Shown: one piece after another, positions 34,221-43,443 of the stretch | Layout of the letters: each line of letters opens with the position of its first letter | Numbering within the stretch: position 1 is the stretch's first letter | Source of the DNA: an uncultured Terracidiphilus sp. | GTDB taxonomy: Bacteria > Acidobacteriota > Terriglobia > Terriglobales > Acidobacteriaceae | NCBI GenBank assembly: GCA_964630985.1 | Contig: CAZVYV010000001.1 | Coordinates: 1 to 44,085 of the forward strand | Reading direction: 5' to 3' | Length of the DNA stretch: 44,085 bases | Translations under genes and position numbers: made by a program | Notes under the pieces: model-generated | Database searches by the model: none | What the model saw: only the letters and a program-made list of their open reading frames with translations | What the model was told of the DNA's origin: nothing

Positions 34221-37163
34221 TTACTTCGCCTGGATTTGAACCAGGCCATTGGGCATGCGGTAGTCGCTGCGTTTCCACTTGCGTTCGACTTCCACTCCTT
34301 GCTGCGGCGTCGGATGGCCGAAACGCGAGTTTCCTCGGGGTAGTGGCACTTCGCCGTCAAGTTCAATCAATTCCAAGCGGACGCTCGCTTCCTTGTATGC
34401 GGGCGTACTCGTCACTTTGTCTGTATGGCTGCTGGTGAGCCGATTGATGGGCTCCTCGATCGAATTCATCGGCATGTACAACTCCATCCCCTTTACGCGA
34501 TCAGTGACGAGGGCACGAACACGGACGCGACCATAGCGGGAGGTCAGTTCGACGACGCTTCCGCTTTGGATACCGCGAGCATCGGCCAGCTCCGGCGAAA
34601 TCTCAACAAATGTGGAAGGAACCTTCTCGCGAATTCCTTCCGTTCGATACGTCATGTTGCCTTCGTGAAAGTGCTCTAGCAAACGGCCATTGTTGAGATG
34701 AAGATCGAAGGATGAGTCGGGCTGGTCGGTTGGCTCAGTCCATGCAAGAGGGAAAAACCTCGCTTTGCCGCCGGGAAAGTTGAAGTGCTTTGTATAAAGC
34801 AAAGGCTCGTCGGAGCCGTCGGCCGCAACCGGCCACTGCAATGACTTGTAATCTTCGAGGCGCTCATAGGTGACGCCAGCCATGAGCGGCGTAAGCGAAG
34901 CGATTTCAGCATAGATCTCCGACGGGTGAGCGTAATTCCAATTCGCGCCAAGCTGGTTGGCAAGATCTTGAATTATTTGCCAATCGGGCCGGCTGTCCCC
35001 GAGCGGGTCTAGAACCTGATAAAGCCGCTGAATGCGTCGCTCTGTGCTCGTGAACGTTCCTTCCTTTTCGAGGCTCGGACTCGCCGGCAAAACGACGTCG
35101 GCATAACGGCACGTCTCGCCGAAAAAGATGTCCTGCACCACGAAGAAGTCGAGCCTTGAGAGCGCCTGGGCGACATAGTTCGCGTTGGAATCGACAAGGC
35201 TCATCTCTTCGCCGAAAACATACATCGATTTCAAGCGGCCATCGAGGATGGCGTCAATCATCTGATGGTTATTCAAGCCGGGTTTTGGAGGAAGCGCGGC
35301 GTTCCAGGCGTGCTCAAACTTCTCGCGAATTGCCGGATCGTCAACCTTCTGGTAGCCCGGGAAGAAGTTGGGCATGGCGCCGTGATCGCTGGCTCCTTGT
35401 ACATTGTTGTGGCCGCGCAGAGGATAAGCGCCGGTTCCGGGTCGCATGTAATTGCCCGTAGCCAGCAGCAGGTTGGAGATGGCCGTCGATGTGTCAGAAC
35501 CCGCGACGTGTTGCGTAACCCCCATCGCCCAAAGAATGCAGACGCTCCCGGCTTCGGCGATCATGCGCGCAACCTTGACCAAAGTCTCCAGTGGCAAACC
35601 GCAGCGCTCGCTTGCCATGGCGAGAGTGAAGGGCTCGAGGCTCTTGATATATTCAACCGCGCCCTCGACCCACTGGGAGATGAAGGCAGTTTCTGCGAGG
35701 CCGTTGTCGAACAGATAACGCGTGACTGCGGAGAGCCAGATGAGATCGGTGCCGGGTTTGGGGTGGAGAAACACGTCGGCGCGGCGCGCCATCTCGTTCT
35801 CGCGCAAATCTGCAACGATGAGGCTTTGCCCGCGCAGCTTGTGCGCGCGCTTTACGCGCGTTGCAAGTACGGGATGGCTTTCCGCGGTGTTGCTGCCGAC
35901 GATGAGAACGAGGTCAGCCTGCTCGATGTCGTGGATCGATCCGGAATCGCCGCCGTAACCAACGGTGCGCCAGAGGCCGACAGTCGCGGGAGCCTGGCAG
36001 TACCGCGAGCAATTATCCATGTTATTGGTGCCAATGACAGCGCGCGCCAGCTTCTGCATTAAGTAACTTTCTTCGTTGGTACACTTCGACGAAGAGATGA
36101 AGGCGAGTGAATCGGGCCCGCTGGCGGCTTTGATCTCAGCGAACCGTCGCGCAACAAGCGAGAGTGCCTCGTCCCAGCTGGCTTTGCGGAAACTCCCGTT
36201 TTCGCGGATTAGCGGGGTGGTCAGCCGGTCTTCGCTGTTCGCAAATCCCCAGCCGAATTTTCCTTTGACGCACGTCGAGACGCCGTTCGCCGGTCCCTCT
36301 GCGGGCTCGACTTTCAAAATCTGACGGTCGCGGGTCCAGATATCGAAACTGCAGCCGACGCCGCAGTATGTGCAAACGGTCTTGGTGCGCTTAATCCGCG
36401 AAGCTCGCATGGCGGCTTCAATTTCAGAGAGGGCAAGCACGGAGCCATAGCCAGTCTCCGGCTCAATCTCTTTCACAACATCGATCATCCCTGCGAGTGC
36501 GGATTCGGGAAGGGAAGTAAAGTAGCCGGCTTCGCCCAGCATTGAGTTTTCCATGAGTGCATTGCAAGGACAAACCGTGACGCAGTGGCCGCACGAGACG
36601 CAACTTGATTCTCCGATGGGTGCGCCCCCATCCCAAAGGACGCGCGGGTGTTCGTCCTCCCAGTGGATGCTGAGGGTTTCATTCACCTGCAAATTCTGGC
36701 AAGCCTCAACGCAGCGACCGCAAAGAATGCACTGATCGGGATCGTAGCGGTAGAAGGGATTGGAGAAATCCTTCGAGTACGGCTTTGGAGCGTAGGGAAT
36801 TTCCTGGTGTTCGATGGCCAGAAGAGCAGTGGTATTGTGCACGGTGCAGTTGCCGTTGTTGTTGTCGCAGACCGTGCAGTAGAGCAGGTGGTTGCCAAGA
36901 ATGCGATCGAACGCCTGACGTTGGGCGCTCGCGGCGCGCGATGACGCCGTGAGAACGGCCATCCCCTCCGAGGCGGCTGTGGCACACGCGCGAACCAGCT
37001 TGCCATCGACTTCAACCATACAGGTGTCGCAGGTTTGGATCGGTCCAAGCTGAGGATGGTAGCAAACCTGAGGGATCTTCTCGCCGGCGCGATTGATGAT
37101 GTCGATCAGGCGCTCGCCCGGCGCAAATGCATGCACCCTGCTATCGATGGTGACCGTTGCCAT
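34221..37163 (-). CDS. fdhF: Formate dehydrogenase alpha subunit, YjgC/ForC-type molybdoenzyme with N-terminal Fe-S domains
   Basis: [2Fe-2S] Cys set, HxxxCxxC, two CxxCxxC, CTYCGVGC, DNCSRYCQ, RGHNNVQG, EKEGTFTSTERR. Confidence 0.92.
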   Translation of the reverse strand: MATVTIDSRVHAFAPGERLIDIINRAGEKIPQVCYHPQLGPIQTCDTCMVEVDGKLVRACATAASEGMAVLTASSRAASAQRQAFDRILGNHLLYCTVCDNNNGNCTVHNTTALLAIEHQEIPYAPKPYSKDFSNPFYRYDPDQCILCGRCVEACQNLQVNETLSIHWEDEHPRVLWDGGAPIGESSCVSCGHCVTVCPCNALMENSMLGEAGYFTSLPESALAGMIDVVKEIEPETGYGSVLALSEIEAAMRASRIKRTKTVCTYCGVGCSFDIWTRDRQILKVEPAEGPANGVSTCVKGKFGWGFANSEDRLTTPLIRENGSFRKASWDEALSLVARRFAEIKAASGPDSLAFISSSKCTNEESYLMQKLARAVIGTNNMDNCSRYCQAPATVGLWRTVGYGGDSGSIHDIEQADLVLIVGSNTAESHPVLATRVKRAHKLRGQSLIVADLRENEMARRADVFLHPKPGTDLIWLSAVTRYLFDNGLAETAFISQWVEGAVEYIKSLEPFTLAMASERCGLPLETLVKVARMIAEAGSVCILWAMGVTQHVAGSDTSTAISNLLLATGNYMRPGTGAYPLRGHNNVQGASDHGAMPNFFPGYQKVDDPAIREKFEHAWNAALPPKPGLNNHQMIDAILDGRLKSMYVFGEEMSLVDSNANYVAQALSRLDFFVVQDIFFGETCRYADVVLPASPSLEKEGTFTSTERRIQRLYQVLDPLGDSRPDWQIIQDLANQLGANWNYAHPSEIYAEIASLTPLMAGVTYERLEDYKSLQWPVAADGSDEPLLYTKHFNFPGGKARFFPLAWTEPTDQPDSSFDLHLNNGRLLEHFHEGNMTYRTEGIREKVPSTFVEISPELADARGIQSGSVVELTSRYGRVRVRALVTDRVKGMELYMPMNSIEEPINRLTSSHTDKVTSTPAYKEASVRLELIELDGEVPLPRGNSRFGHPTPQQGVEVERKWKRSDYRMPNGLVQIQAK

Positions 37164-37272
37164 GGCTTACAGAAACCTCGCGGGGAGATGGGGAATTGAA
37201 TCTCGGCCCATGAATCGGGAGCCAGGAAGCGCCGGATTGATTATTGCACCTTCATTGGCCCATCGAGGGCGA

Positions 37273-38130
37273 CTATGCGAGTTGATGCGAGAACTCGCCC
37301 GTACCGTGACTCTCCATCATGCAGCGCTCCTGACCCGAATAGACAACAAACCGCCGTCCGCGGAGAAAACCGATCAGCGTCAGATTCAATTCGCGAGCCA
37401 GTTGGACCGCGAGACTCGAGGGGGCCGAGACCGAAGCCACAATTGGCACACCAGCGGCAATCGCCTTCTGAATGATCTCAAAGCCTCCGCGTCCACTGAC
37501 CAAAAGCACATGACTCGAGAGCGGAATCATGCCTTCCAGCAGCGCCCATCCCACCACTTTGTCGACTGCATTGTGGCGGCCGATGTCCTCGCGAAGAGCA
37601 ACGAGTTCTCCTTTGGCGTTAAACAAGGCTGCGGCGTGCAATCCGCCCGTGCGTTCAAAGACCGATTGCCGAGCGCGCAGTTTTTCTGGAAGCGAGCAGA
37701 GCATTTCTGCTTCCACTGCGAATCCCGAGCCGAGCGACCGGAGTCCGCGTGTGCGCACATCATCGATGGAAGTTTTGCCGCACAGGCCGCAGCTTGAGTT
37801 CGACAAAAAATTGCGCTGCGGATTGTCTGGCTTGCTTACGCCGTTGCGCAACTCCACATCGATGGTGTTTCCGGCTTGGCAGTCGATTGATTCCCGATCG
37901 CGGAAGCCAAGAATCTGATCGCTGCTCTCAATAAGCCCTTCGGTCCAGAGAAAGCCGGCGGCAAGTTCGCGGTCGTGGCCGGGAGTTCGCATTGTCACGA
38001 CCAAAGGATCGCCGCACGCAAGAATCTGGAGCGGCTCTTCAGCGGCGAGAGCGTCGCTGCTGGAACGTACTTGACCGTTTTCCCATTTCGTTACTTGAGT
38101 CAGCTCGACGCTTCGGAGCGGCGTATCCAC
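37273..38130 (-). CDS. fdhD: Formate dehydrogenase accessory sulfurtransferase FdhD; start re-assigned to GTG at 38130
   Basis: EEPL, TMRTPG.D.ELAAGFL, SSCGLCGK, TGGLHAA, REDIGRHNAVDK. The track start overlaps the tRNA, whereas GTG 38130 has a GAGG SD. Confidence 0.93.
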   Translation of the reverse strand: MDTPLRSVELTQVTKWENGQVRSSSDALAAEEPLQILACGDPLVVTMRTPGHDRELAAGFLWTEGLIESSDQILGFRDRESIDCQAGNTIDVELRNGVSKPDNPQRNFLSNSSCGLCGKTSIDDVRTRGLRSLGSGFAVEAEMLCSLPEKLRARQSVFERTGGLHAAALFNAKGELVALREDIGRHNAVDKVVGWALLEGMIPLSSHVLLVSGRGGFEIIQKAIAAGVPIVASVSAPSSLAVQLARELNLTLIGFLRGRRFVVYSGQERCMMESHGTGEFSHQLA

Positions 38131-38211
38131 TGCAATGACCTCTGTGCTGCGCTCGAAGGGGGCGAGAACGCTACAAGTAAGTATAGTGACTGCATTATGA
38201 TTGGCTGCGAA

Positions 38212-38263
<52 letters not shown>

Positions 38264-38287
<24 letters not shown>

Positions 38288-38393
38288 AAGTCGAAGGTCC
38301 TTCGTCGCCAAGCGACTCAGGATTTCGCCTGCGGTCTCATGCTTCGCTCACGCCCGCAGAGCGGCTCAAGTTCAAATCCCTCCGGGCCCACCA
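38264..38393 (+). mobile_element. Miniature insert at the tRNA 3' end: 82-bp palindromic segment flanked by 24-bp direct repeats
   Basis: GTTCAAATCCCTCCGGGCCCACCA at 38264-38287 and again at 38370-38393. Hairpins inside the insert at 38292-38304, 38304-38316 and 38329-38359. Confidence 0.7.
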
Positions 38394-38399
38394 GCCTTC

Positions 38400-38415
38400 G
38401 CCCGCCGCGGCGGGC
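38400..38415. terminator. GC-rich perfect palindrome between the converging tRNA and AKR transcripts; possible terminator
   Basis: GCCCGCCGCGGCGGGC immediately after the AKR stop; no clear U-tract. Confidence 0.35.
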
Positions 38416-38418
38416 AAA

Positions 38419-39297
38419 TTACGCAAAGGCCAAGTTTACGTTGTCGATGGCCTCGTCGATCTCCGCGGTGTTCTTGTAGCCGACAGTGACACAGTCGACG
38501 CCGGCATTCTGGAAGGCAAATCGCATCGCCTGTTGGCGGTCGCCTCGATTGGTGAAGGCGCCTTCTCCGATGAGCTTCATGCTGATGACGCCCATTCCTT
38601 CGGCGCGGGCATGCTGGACATTCGTGACAACTTCGGGGACGTTGCCAAGGGCGTCCCAATCGTCGTTCTCGCTGTCCATCTTCGTGCCCTTATGATTTAC
38701 GCGGATCATGGCGATTTCGAGCCACTTGGTCTCGGGCACTCTTCGCAGCGCGGGCAGCCCGTGCACCGAGGCGCCGTGAGTCCTGATGGTCTGGCGAGAC
38801 TGCGCTTCCAGAATTGCGTCTTGCCAGCGTCCTGTGTCAGATGGCCAGGTCCCGGTGTGCTGCCAATGGAGAAGCATAATGTCAAAGTAATCGGTCCGTG
38901 AAGTGCGGCGAAGCTCGTCAAGCTTCTTCAGCGGATCGCCCTCGTCTTCCGTTGTCACCTTGGACATCAATTGATAACTGTCACGGGGAAACGGCTTGAG
39001 CGCCTCGCCGAGCATGGCCGGCGTCGAATAAGATTCCGAGGTCTCGAAGAAACGGACCCCGCGTTCATAGGCATAGGCAACGAGCCTGCTGAATTCCTTC
39101 TGTCCAAGCGAGGACTGCACGTAGCCGTTCTTGCTGCCCGTGCCGAATGCGAGGCGCGTGACTTTCACTCCCGATTTGCCCAGTGTGACCAAACTCGATG
39201 CGGACGCGCGTTCGGCATGCAGAGGCAGGCCGCCCATGCTCGCGATGGCACCGGCGGCGACGCTTGTCTTGATGAAATCTCGCCTGGAAATCGTCAT
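38419..39297 (-). CDS. Aldo/keto reductase family protein with a twin-arginine (Tat) signal
   Basis: SRRDFIK signal; LGKSGVKVTRLAFGT, GVRFFETSESY, TDYFDIMLLH, GMGVISMK motifs. Confidence 0.85.
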   Translation of the reverse strand: MTISRRDFIKTSVAAGAIASMGGLPLHAERASASSLVTLGKSGVKVTRLAFGTGSKNGYVQSSLGQKEFSRLVAYAYERGVRFFETSESYSTPAMLGEALKPFPRDSYQLMSKVTTEDEGDPLKKLDELRRTSRTDYFDIMLLHWQHTGTWPSDTGRWQDAILEAQSRQTIRTHGASVHGLPALRRVPETKWLEIAMIRVNHKGTKMDSENDDWDALGNVPEVVTNVQHARAEGMGVISMKLIGEGAFTNRGDRQQAMRFAFQNAGVDCVTVGYKNTAEIDEAIDNVNLAFA

Positions 39298-39418
39298 GAT
39301 GATTTACCCTCCGCCCCATGAAAAGGGGGGTCGACCAGTTGGCGGAATATTAACACAAGTCTAAAAAGCCTTGGTAAAAGCAGCCAAACTCGCTGGATGT
39401 GCACTCAATCTTGTTCAA

Positions 39419-40363
39419 TTATGCAGTTTTTTCTGCGGTCAACGGCTTGGATTTTTGACGCATACTTGTGATCGCCACAACGCTGGCCAGGACGAACAAA
39501 CCGCCGACAATTGTTCGAACGCCCAACGGCTCGCCGCCCAGCCAGTAGCCCACCAGGACAGCGACGACAGGATTGACATATGCGTAGGTTCCAACCTTGG
39601 TGGGGGATTCGTGGTGCAGCAGCCACACATACGCAGTGAATCCTGCAATGGAGCCGGCGAAGACGAGGTAGAGCAACGCGATCCATGCGGAGTTGGAGAT
39701 CGTGGAGAGATGAAGCTCGCGACCTTCGCCCCGCAACGCGGCGACTGCGGCCAGCATGATTCCACCGGCCAACATTTGCGCGCCCGAACTCATCACTCTT
39801 GACGAAGGAAGCGGCAGCTTGCGCGACAGAGCCGACGCGACCGACCACCCGATGGCTCCGATGATAAGCGCGATGGCGCCCGCTTTGTCGATCGCTGCGC
39901 CCCCGAGATTTCCGAGCAATTGTGGCGGGCTCACAAGAACAGCGACGCCCGCAATCCCGGCAAGCAGCGAGATCGCGAGCCGCCGAGTAAGGCGCTGCGT
40001 GCGGAGAATAAGAATCTCGGACAAAGCCATGAATCCGGGAATGGTGGCCATGATGACGGCCGCAATGCCGGAAGGAAGGCGCTGCTCCGCCCAGAAGAGG
40101 AGGCCGTAGTCGACGACGAAGATGAGAAACGCAAGAAGGAATACAGAAAGCCACTGACGCTTGGTTGGCCAGCGCTCGCCGCGTGCGATCGCCCAGAAAG
40201 ATACCAGCAGGCCAGCGGCCAGAAATCTCATGGCGCAGAAGAGAAATGGCGGAAGCTCACGGACGCCAACGCGTATGGCGAAGAAAGTCGATCCCCAGAC
40301 GAGATAGATGATCGCGAAGGCGAGGAGCAACTTCCAGCGAGCGGGTTTAATCGCGGCCTCCAT
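39419..40363 (-). CDS. EamA/DMT family transporter (YedA-like)
   Basis: IIYLVWGSTF, AEQ.LPSG.AA, YAYVNPVVAVLVG; about 10 TM helices. Confidence 0.9.
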   Translation of the reverse strand: MEAAIKPARWKLLLAFAIIYLVWGSTFFAIRVGVRELPPFLFCAMRFLAAGLLVSFWAIARGERWPTKRQWLSVFLLAFLIFVVDYGLLFWAEQRLPSGIAAVIMATIPGFMALSEILILRTQRLTRRLAISLLAGIAGVAVLVSPPQLLGNLGGAAIDKAGAIALIIGAIGWSVASALSRKLPLPSSRVMSSGAQMLAGGIMLAAVAALRGEGRELHLSTISNSAWIALLYLVFAGSIAGFTAYVWLLHHESPTKVGTYAYVNPVVAVLVGYWLGGEPLGVRTIVGGLFVLASVVAITSMRQKSKPLTAEKTA

Positions 40364-40411
40364 CGCCTCCTCCTTTACTGATTCTTGTTTCCCCGGGAAT
40401 TTCGTTCTCCA

Positions 40412-41224
40412 TCACCAGCTATGCAGCCACTCCGCATCGCGGCCGATGCGCACCGGCGCATGGAAGAGCTCGCTCAGGCGCGGTTCGGTCAAAAGATCCT
40501 CTCGGCGGCCGTCGGCTACGATGCGGCCGTCGCGCATGAGAATGATGCGCTCAATTTCCGGCAATATGTCGCCAAGATGATGCGTGACCATCACCAGGCC
40601 GGTGCCTTCGCGGGCAAGCCCGCGCAGCGTTTCACGCAGCTCGCGCTGAGCGGCCAGGTCGAGCGCGTTGGAAGGTTCGTCCAGAAGGAGTTGCTGCGGG
40701 CGGTGAACCAGCGCGCGGGCAATCAGGATGCGGCGCTTTTCTCCAGCGGACATGGCGCCGACAAGTTGCCGGGAAAGATGGGTCGCTTCGATTCGCGCCA
40801 AAGCCTCTTGCGCCCGGGCGCGCATTTCATCGGTTACATGGAGATTGGGCCACAGCGTGGAGGCGGAAAAAAAGCCGGAAATTACGGCGTCGAGGCCGGA
40901 TGTGACGGCCGTTCGCTCGCCGGGCAGGTCGGCGCCCATCGGCCCTGCGGTCACAATGCCGAAGTGGCGGCGCAGCTCGGTCAGATCCCAGCGCTCACGA
41001 CCGAAGATGCGGACGAGCATTCCCGGTTGAACGATTGGATAGAGCTGGCAGGTCATGGCCAGAATCAGCGTGGATTTGCCGCAGCCGTTCGGGCCGAGGA
41101 TGGCGACATGTTCACCGGCGCGGATCGAGAGATTCACGTCGTGCAGGACGACGCGATCGCCGCGAGCGATATTGACCGCGCGCATCTCAAGAAAGGTTTG
41201 CGAGTTGATTTCGTTCTCATCCAT
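40412..41224 (-). CDS. ABC transporter ATP-binding protein (ModF/YlmA-like)
   Basis: Walker A GPNGCGKS, signature MSAGE, Walker B LLLDEP, H-loop VTHH. Confidence 0.9.
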   Translation of the reverse strand: MDENEINSQTFLEMRAVNIARGDRVVLHDVNLSIRAGEHVAILGPNGCGKSTLILAMTCQLYPIVQPGMLVRIFGRERWDLTELRRHFGIVTAGPMGADLPGERTAVTSGLDAVISGFFSASTLWPNLHVTDEMRARAQEALARIEATHLSRQLVGAMSAGEKRRILIARALVHRPQQLLLDEPSNALDLAAQRELRETLRGLAREGTGLVMVTHHLGDILPEIERIILMRDGRIVADGRREDLLTEPRLSELFHAPVRIGRDAEWLHSW

Positions 41225-41290
41225 CGACCGGTTCCGACGCGCCCCTCACCTGCTAGATTAAATGGGCTGGATTAAATGGGATTTGACCGC

Positions 41291-42517
41291 ATGAGCGATT
41301 TATCGAGCAACACCATTCCAAAGGGATTCCGATTTGGCGCAGTGAAAGCCGGGCTGAAGGCCAGCGGCCGGCCCGACTTTGCCCTGATTGTGGCGGACTC
41401 CCCGGCCAGTGCGGCGGCCGCATTCACGTCGAACCGCGTAATTGCCGCGCCGCTGATCGTCGACAAGGAAAATTTGAGCGCGACCGGCGGCCGGGTTCGC
41501 GTGGCCGCCATCAATGCGGGAAACGCAAACTGCGCCGCAGGCGAGGCGGGCCTCAAAGCCGCGCGCGCGACCTGCGCTGCTGTTGCGCAGACTTTTGGCT
41601 GTCACGCGGAAGAGGTCTTTCCGTCGTCGACCGGGATTATTGGTGTGCCGCTGCCGGCGGAGAAGTTGATCGCCGTGCTGCCCGAGCTGGCGGCAAGTGT
41701 TGGATCCAAGCCGAGCGACTTTTCAGATGCCGCGCATGCGATTCTGACCACGGATCTGGTCGAGAAGATGGCCTTCGCGCGGCTCGACCGTAAGGGCGCG
41801 GACGGACCCACGCGCGAAGTGCGCATTGCAGCCTTCGGCAAAGGCTCGGGAATGATTCATCCGCAATTGGTTCCTCACGCCACGATGCTGGTTTACGTGC
41901 TGACCGACGCGGCGATCGAGCCCGCCGATCTCGACGGCTACCTCCAGGCCGCGGTTGAAGTCAGCTTCAACAGAATTTCGGTCGACGGCGATACGTCGAC
42001 AAACGATACCGTGCTGCTGCTTGCGTCAGGCGCGAGCGGCGCGAAGATTGGCGCCGGCGACGCGGCGTTTGCGGCGGCGCTGACCGATGTGTGCACTTCG
42101 CTGGCGCGGCAGGTGGTGGCCGACGGCGAAGGCGCATCGCATGTGGTGGAACTCCGCGTTGCCGGCGCGGCAAGCGACGCCGATGCCCTGCGCGTGGCGA
42201 AAGCGATTGCCCATTCGCCGTTGGTTAAGACGGCGTGGGCCGGGTGCGATCCAAACTGGGGCAGGCTCGCCGCGGCGATCGGCTACTCGGGCGCGCAGGT
42301 CGATCCCGCGCGTATCGACATTCGCTTTGGTGAGCTGCAGATTTGCCGCGATGGCGGACGGGCGGTGGAGTTTGACGAAGCCTCAGCCCACGAGTACATC
42401 AGCCAGCGCGAATTCTCGATCTCAATTGAACTGCACCAAGGGCCGGGGTCGTGCGTGTTCTGGACGACGGACCTGACCGCTCAATATATACACATCAACG
42501 CGGATTATTCGACCTAG
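41291..42517 (+). CDS. argJ: Bifunctional ornithine acetyltransferase / N-acetylglutamate synthase
   Basis: NAGNANC, SSTGIIG, KGSGMIHP...ATML, DGDTSTND, DGEGA, DPNWGR. Start could be 41276 or 41291. Confidence 0.93.
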   Translation: MSDLSSNTIPKGFRFGAVKAGLKASGRPDFALIVADSPASAAAAFTSNRVIAAPLIVDKENLSATGGRVRVAAINAGNANCAAGEAGLKAARATCAAVAQTFGCHAEEVFPSSTGIIGVPLPAEKLIAVLPELAASVGSKPSDFSDAAHAILTTDLVEKMAFARLDRKGADGPTREVRIAAFGKGSGMIHPQLVPHATMLVYVLTDAAIEPADLDGYLQAAVEVSFNRISVDGDTSTNDTVLLLASGASGAKIGAGDAAFAAALTDVCTSLARQVVADGEGASHVVELRVAGAASDADALRVAKAIAHSPLVKTAWAGCDPNWGRLAAAIGYSGAQVDPARIDIRFGELQICRDGGRAVEFDEASAHEYISQREFSISIELHQGPGSCVFWTTDLTAQYIHINADYST

Positions 42518-42951
42518 AGACAGCCGGTAGCTGACAGCTTTCAGCCTTCAGCGCAACGTGAGTAATCTGTCTGGCCTCGTGGGCAGTCGCGAGAGATGTC
42601 AAGCCCCTGTCCTCTTCGAACCACCCCAAGCCACTGAAAACAAATCGAAAATTCTCTTCGTCAAGTTTGCCGATCATTTCTTCGAAATCTCTACACTTGA
42701 CTTGGGTGGGCAAACAGATGAGTTTCGAGACTTTCGAACTAGCTGGAGAGCAAAACGGTACACAAATAATTTTTATACCCCCTGAGGGTATATTTTGCCA
42801 CTTAACTATTTTAGAATCAACAAATCCGCCTCAAAACCGTCGACAAATTTTGTCGATTTTATAACCCGGACGCATCGAAAATAGCCCCTCGGACTCGTTG
42901 GGTCCGACAGCGCTTATGCGCATGGCTCCCATCGTCTTGCGGTCTCTGAGT

Positions 42952-43221
42952 TCAGTCGCGGCGGCCGGCGAGGAAGGTGACAAGGCAGCCGATGACGATG
43001 CCGACGCCAAGGATGATGCCGGCTGACTGCAGCGGATTGCGCTTGATCGCGGTGCGGGCGTCGTGGATGGTGTCCTCGGCGGCTTCGCGGCCATGTTTCA
43101 CGGCGCGCATCGCCGATTCAACGCCCTCTTCTACAGCATCGGTCACGATGGACTTGATGCGGTTGACGTCGCGGAAAATGTCCTCGACTGCTGCTTGCTT
43201 GTCGGCCAAATCGTTTGACAT
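42952..43221 (-). CDS. Small ElaB/YqjD (DUF883)-like protein; start re-assigned to ATG at 43221
   Basis: Helical charged region, then IKRNPLQSAGIILGVGIVIG..RRD tail anchor. Confidence 0.7.
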   Translation of the reverse strand: MSNDLADKQAAVEDIFRDVNRIKSIVTDAVEEGVESAMRAVKHGREAAEDTIHDARTAIKRNPLQSAGIILGVGIVIGCLVTFLAGRRD

Positions 43222-43279
43222 GGTCTTTGCCCTCGTTCTATCTGATGTGGACGGGGCGGTTGCTGTTGCATGGGAAAGG

Positions 43280-43300
43280 CAGGGAACAGGGAATAGGGAA
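43280..43300 (+). repeat. Heptamer tandem repeat (YAGGGAA)x3
   Basis: CAGGGAA CAGGGAA TAGGGAA. Confidence 0.7.
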
Positions 43301-43319
43301 CGATAAATGCGGGTCCCCA

Positions 43320-43400
43320 TTCGACTCCGATCGCCTCGCAGTCTCCGCTCAGGGCGGGTTTTCGACTCGTCACGCCTCGCGTGACTCGCTCAGGATGACA
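43320..43400. repeat. Two tandem 34-bp REP-like units TTCGACTC-N4-CGCCTCGC-N6-CGCTCAGG
   Basis: Units at 43320-43353 and 43361-43394; the second has the internal hairpin GTCACGC..GCGTGAC and is followed by ATGACA. Confidence 0.65.
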
Positions 43401-43443
43401 ATTTCGTATTGCAGGATGGCCAATCTGTATTGGTGGAAAGTCG

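Noticed and set aside
34221-37163. Selenocysteine-containing FDH
   Set aside because: The ORF is uninterrupted and the Mo ligand is encoded as Cys
1-38211. Whole left region as a genomic island bounded by the tRNA
   Set aside because: It lies 5' of the tRNA, and no matching att copy or integrase was seen. The slightly lower GC impression could not be quantified by eye.
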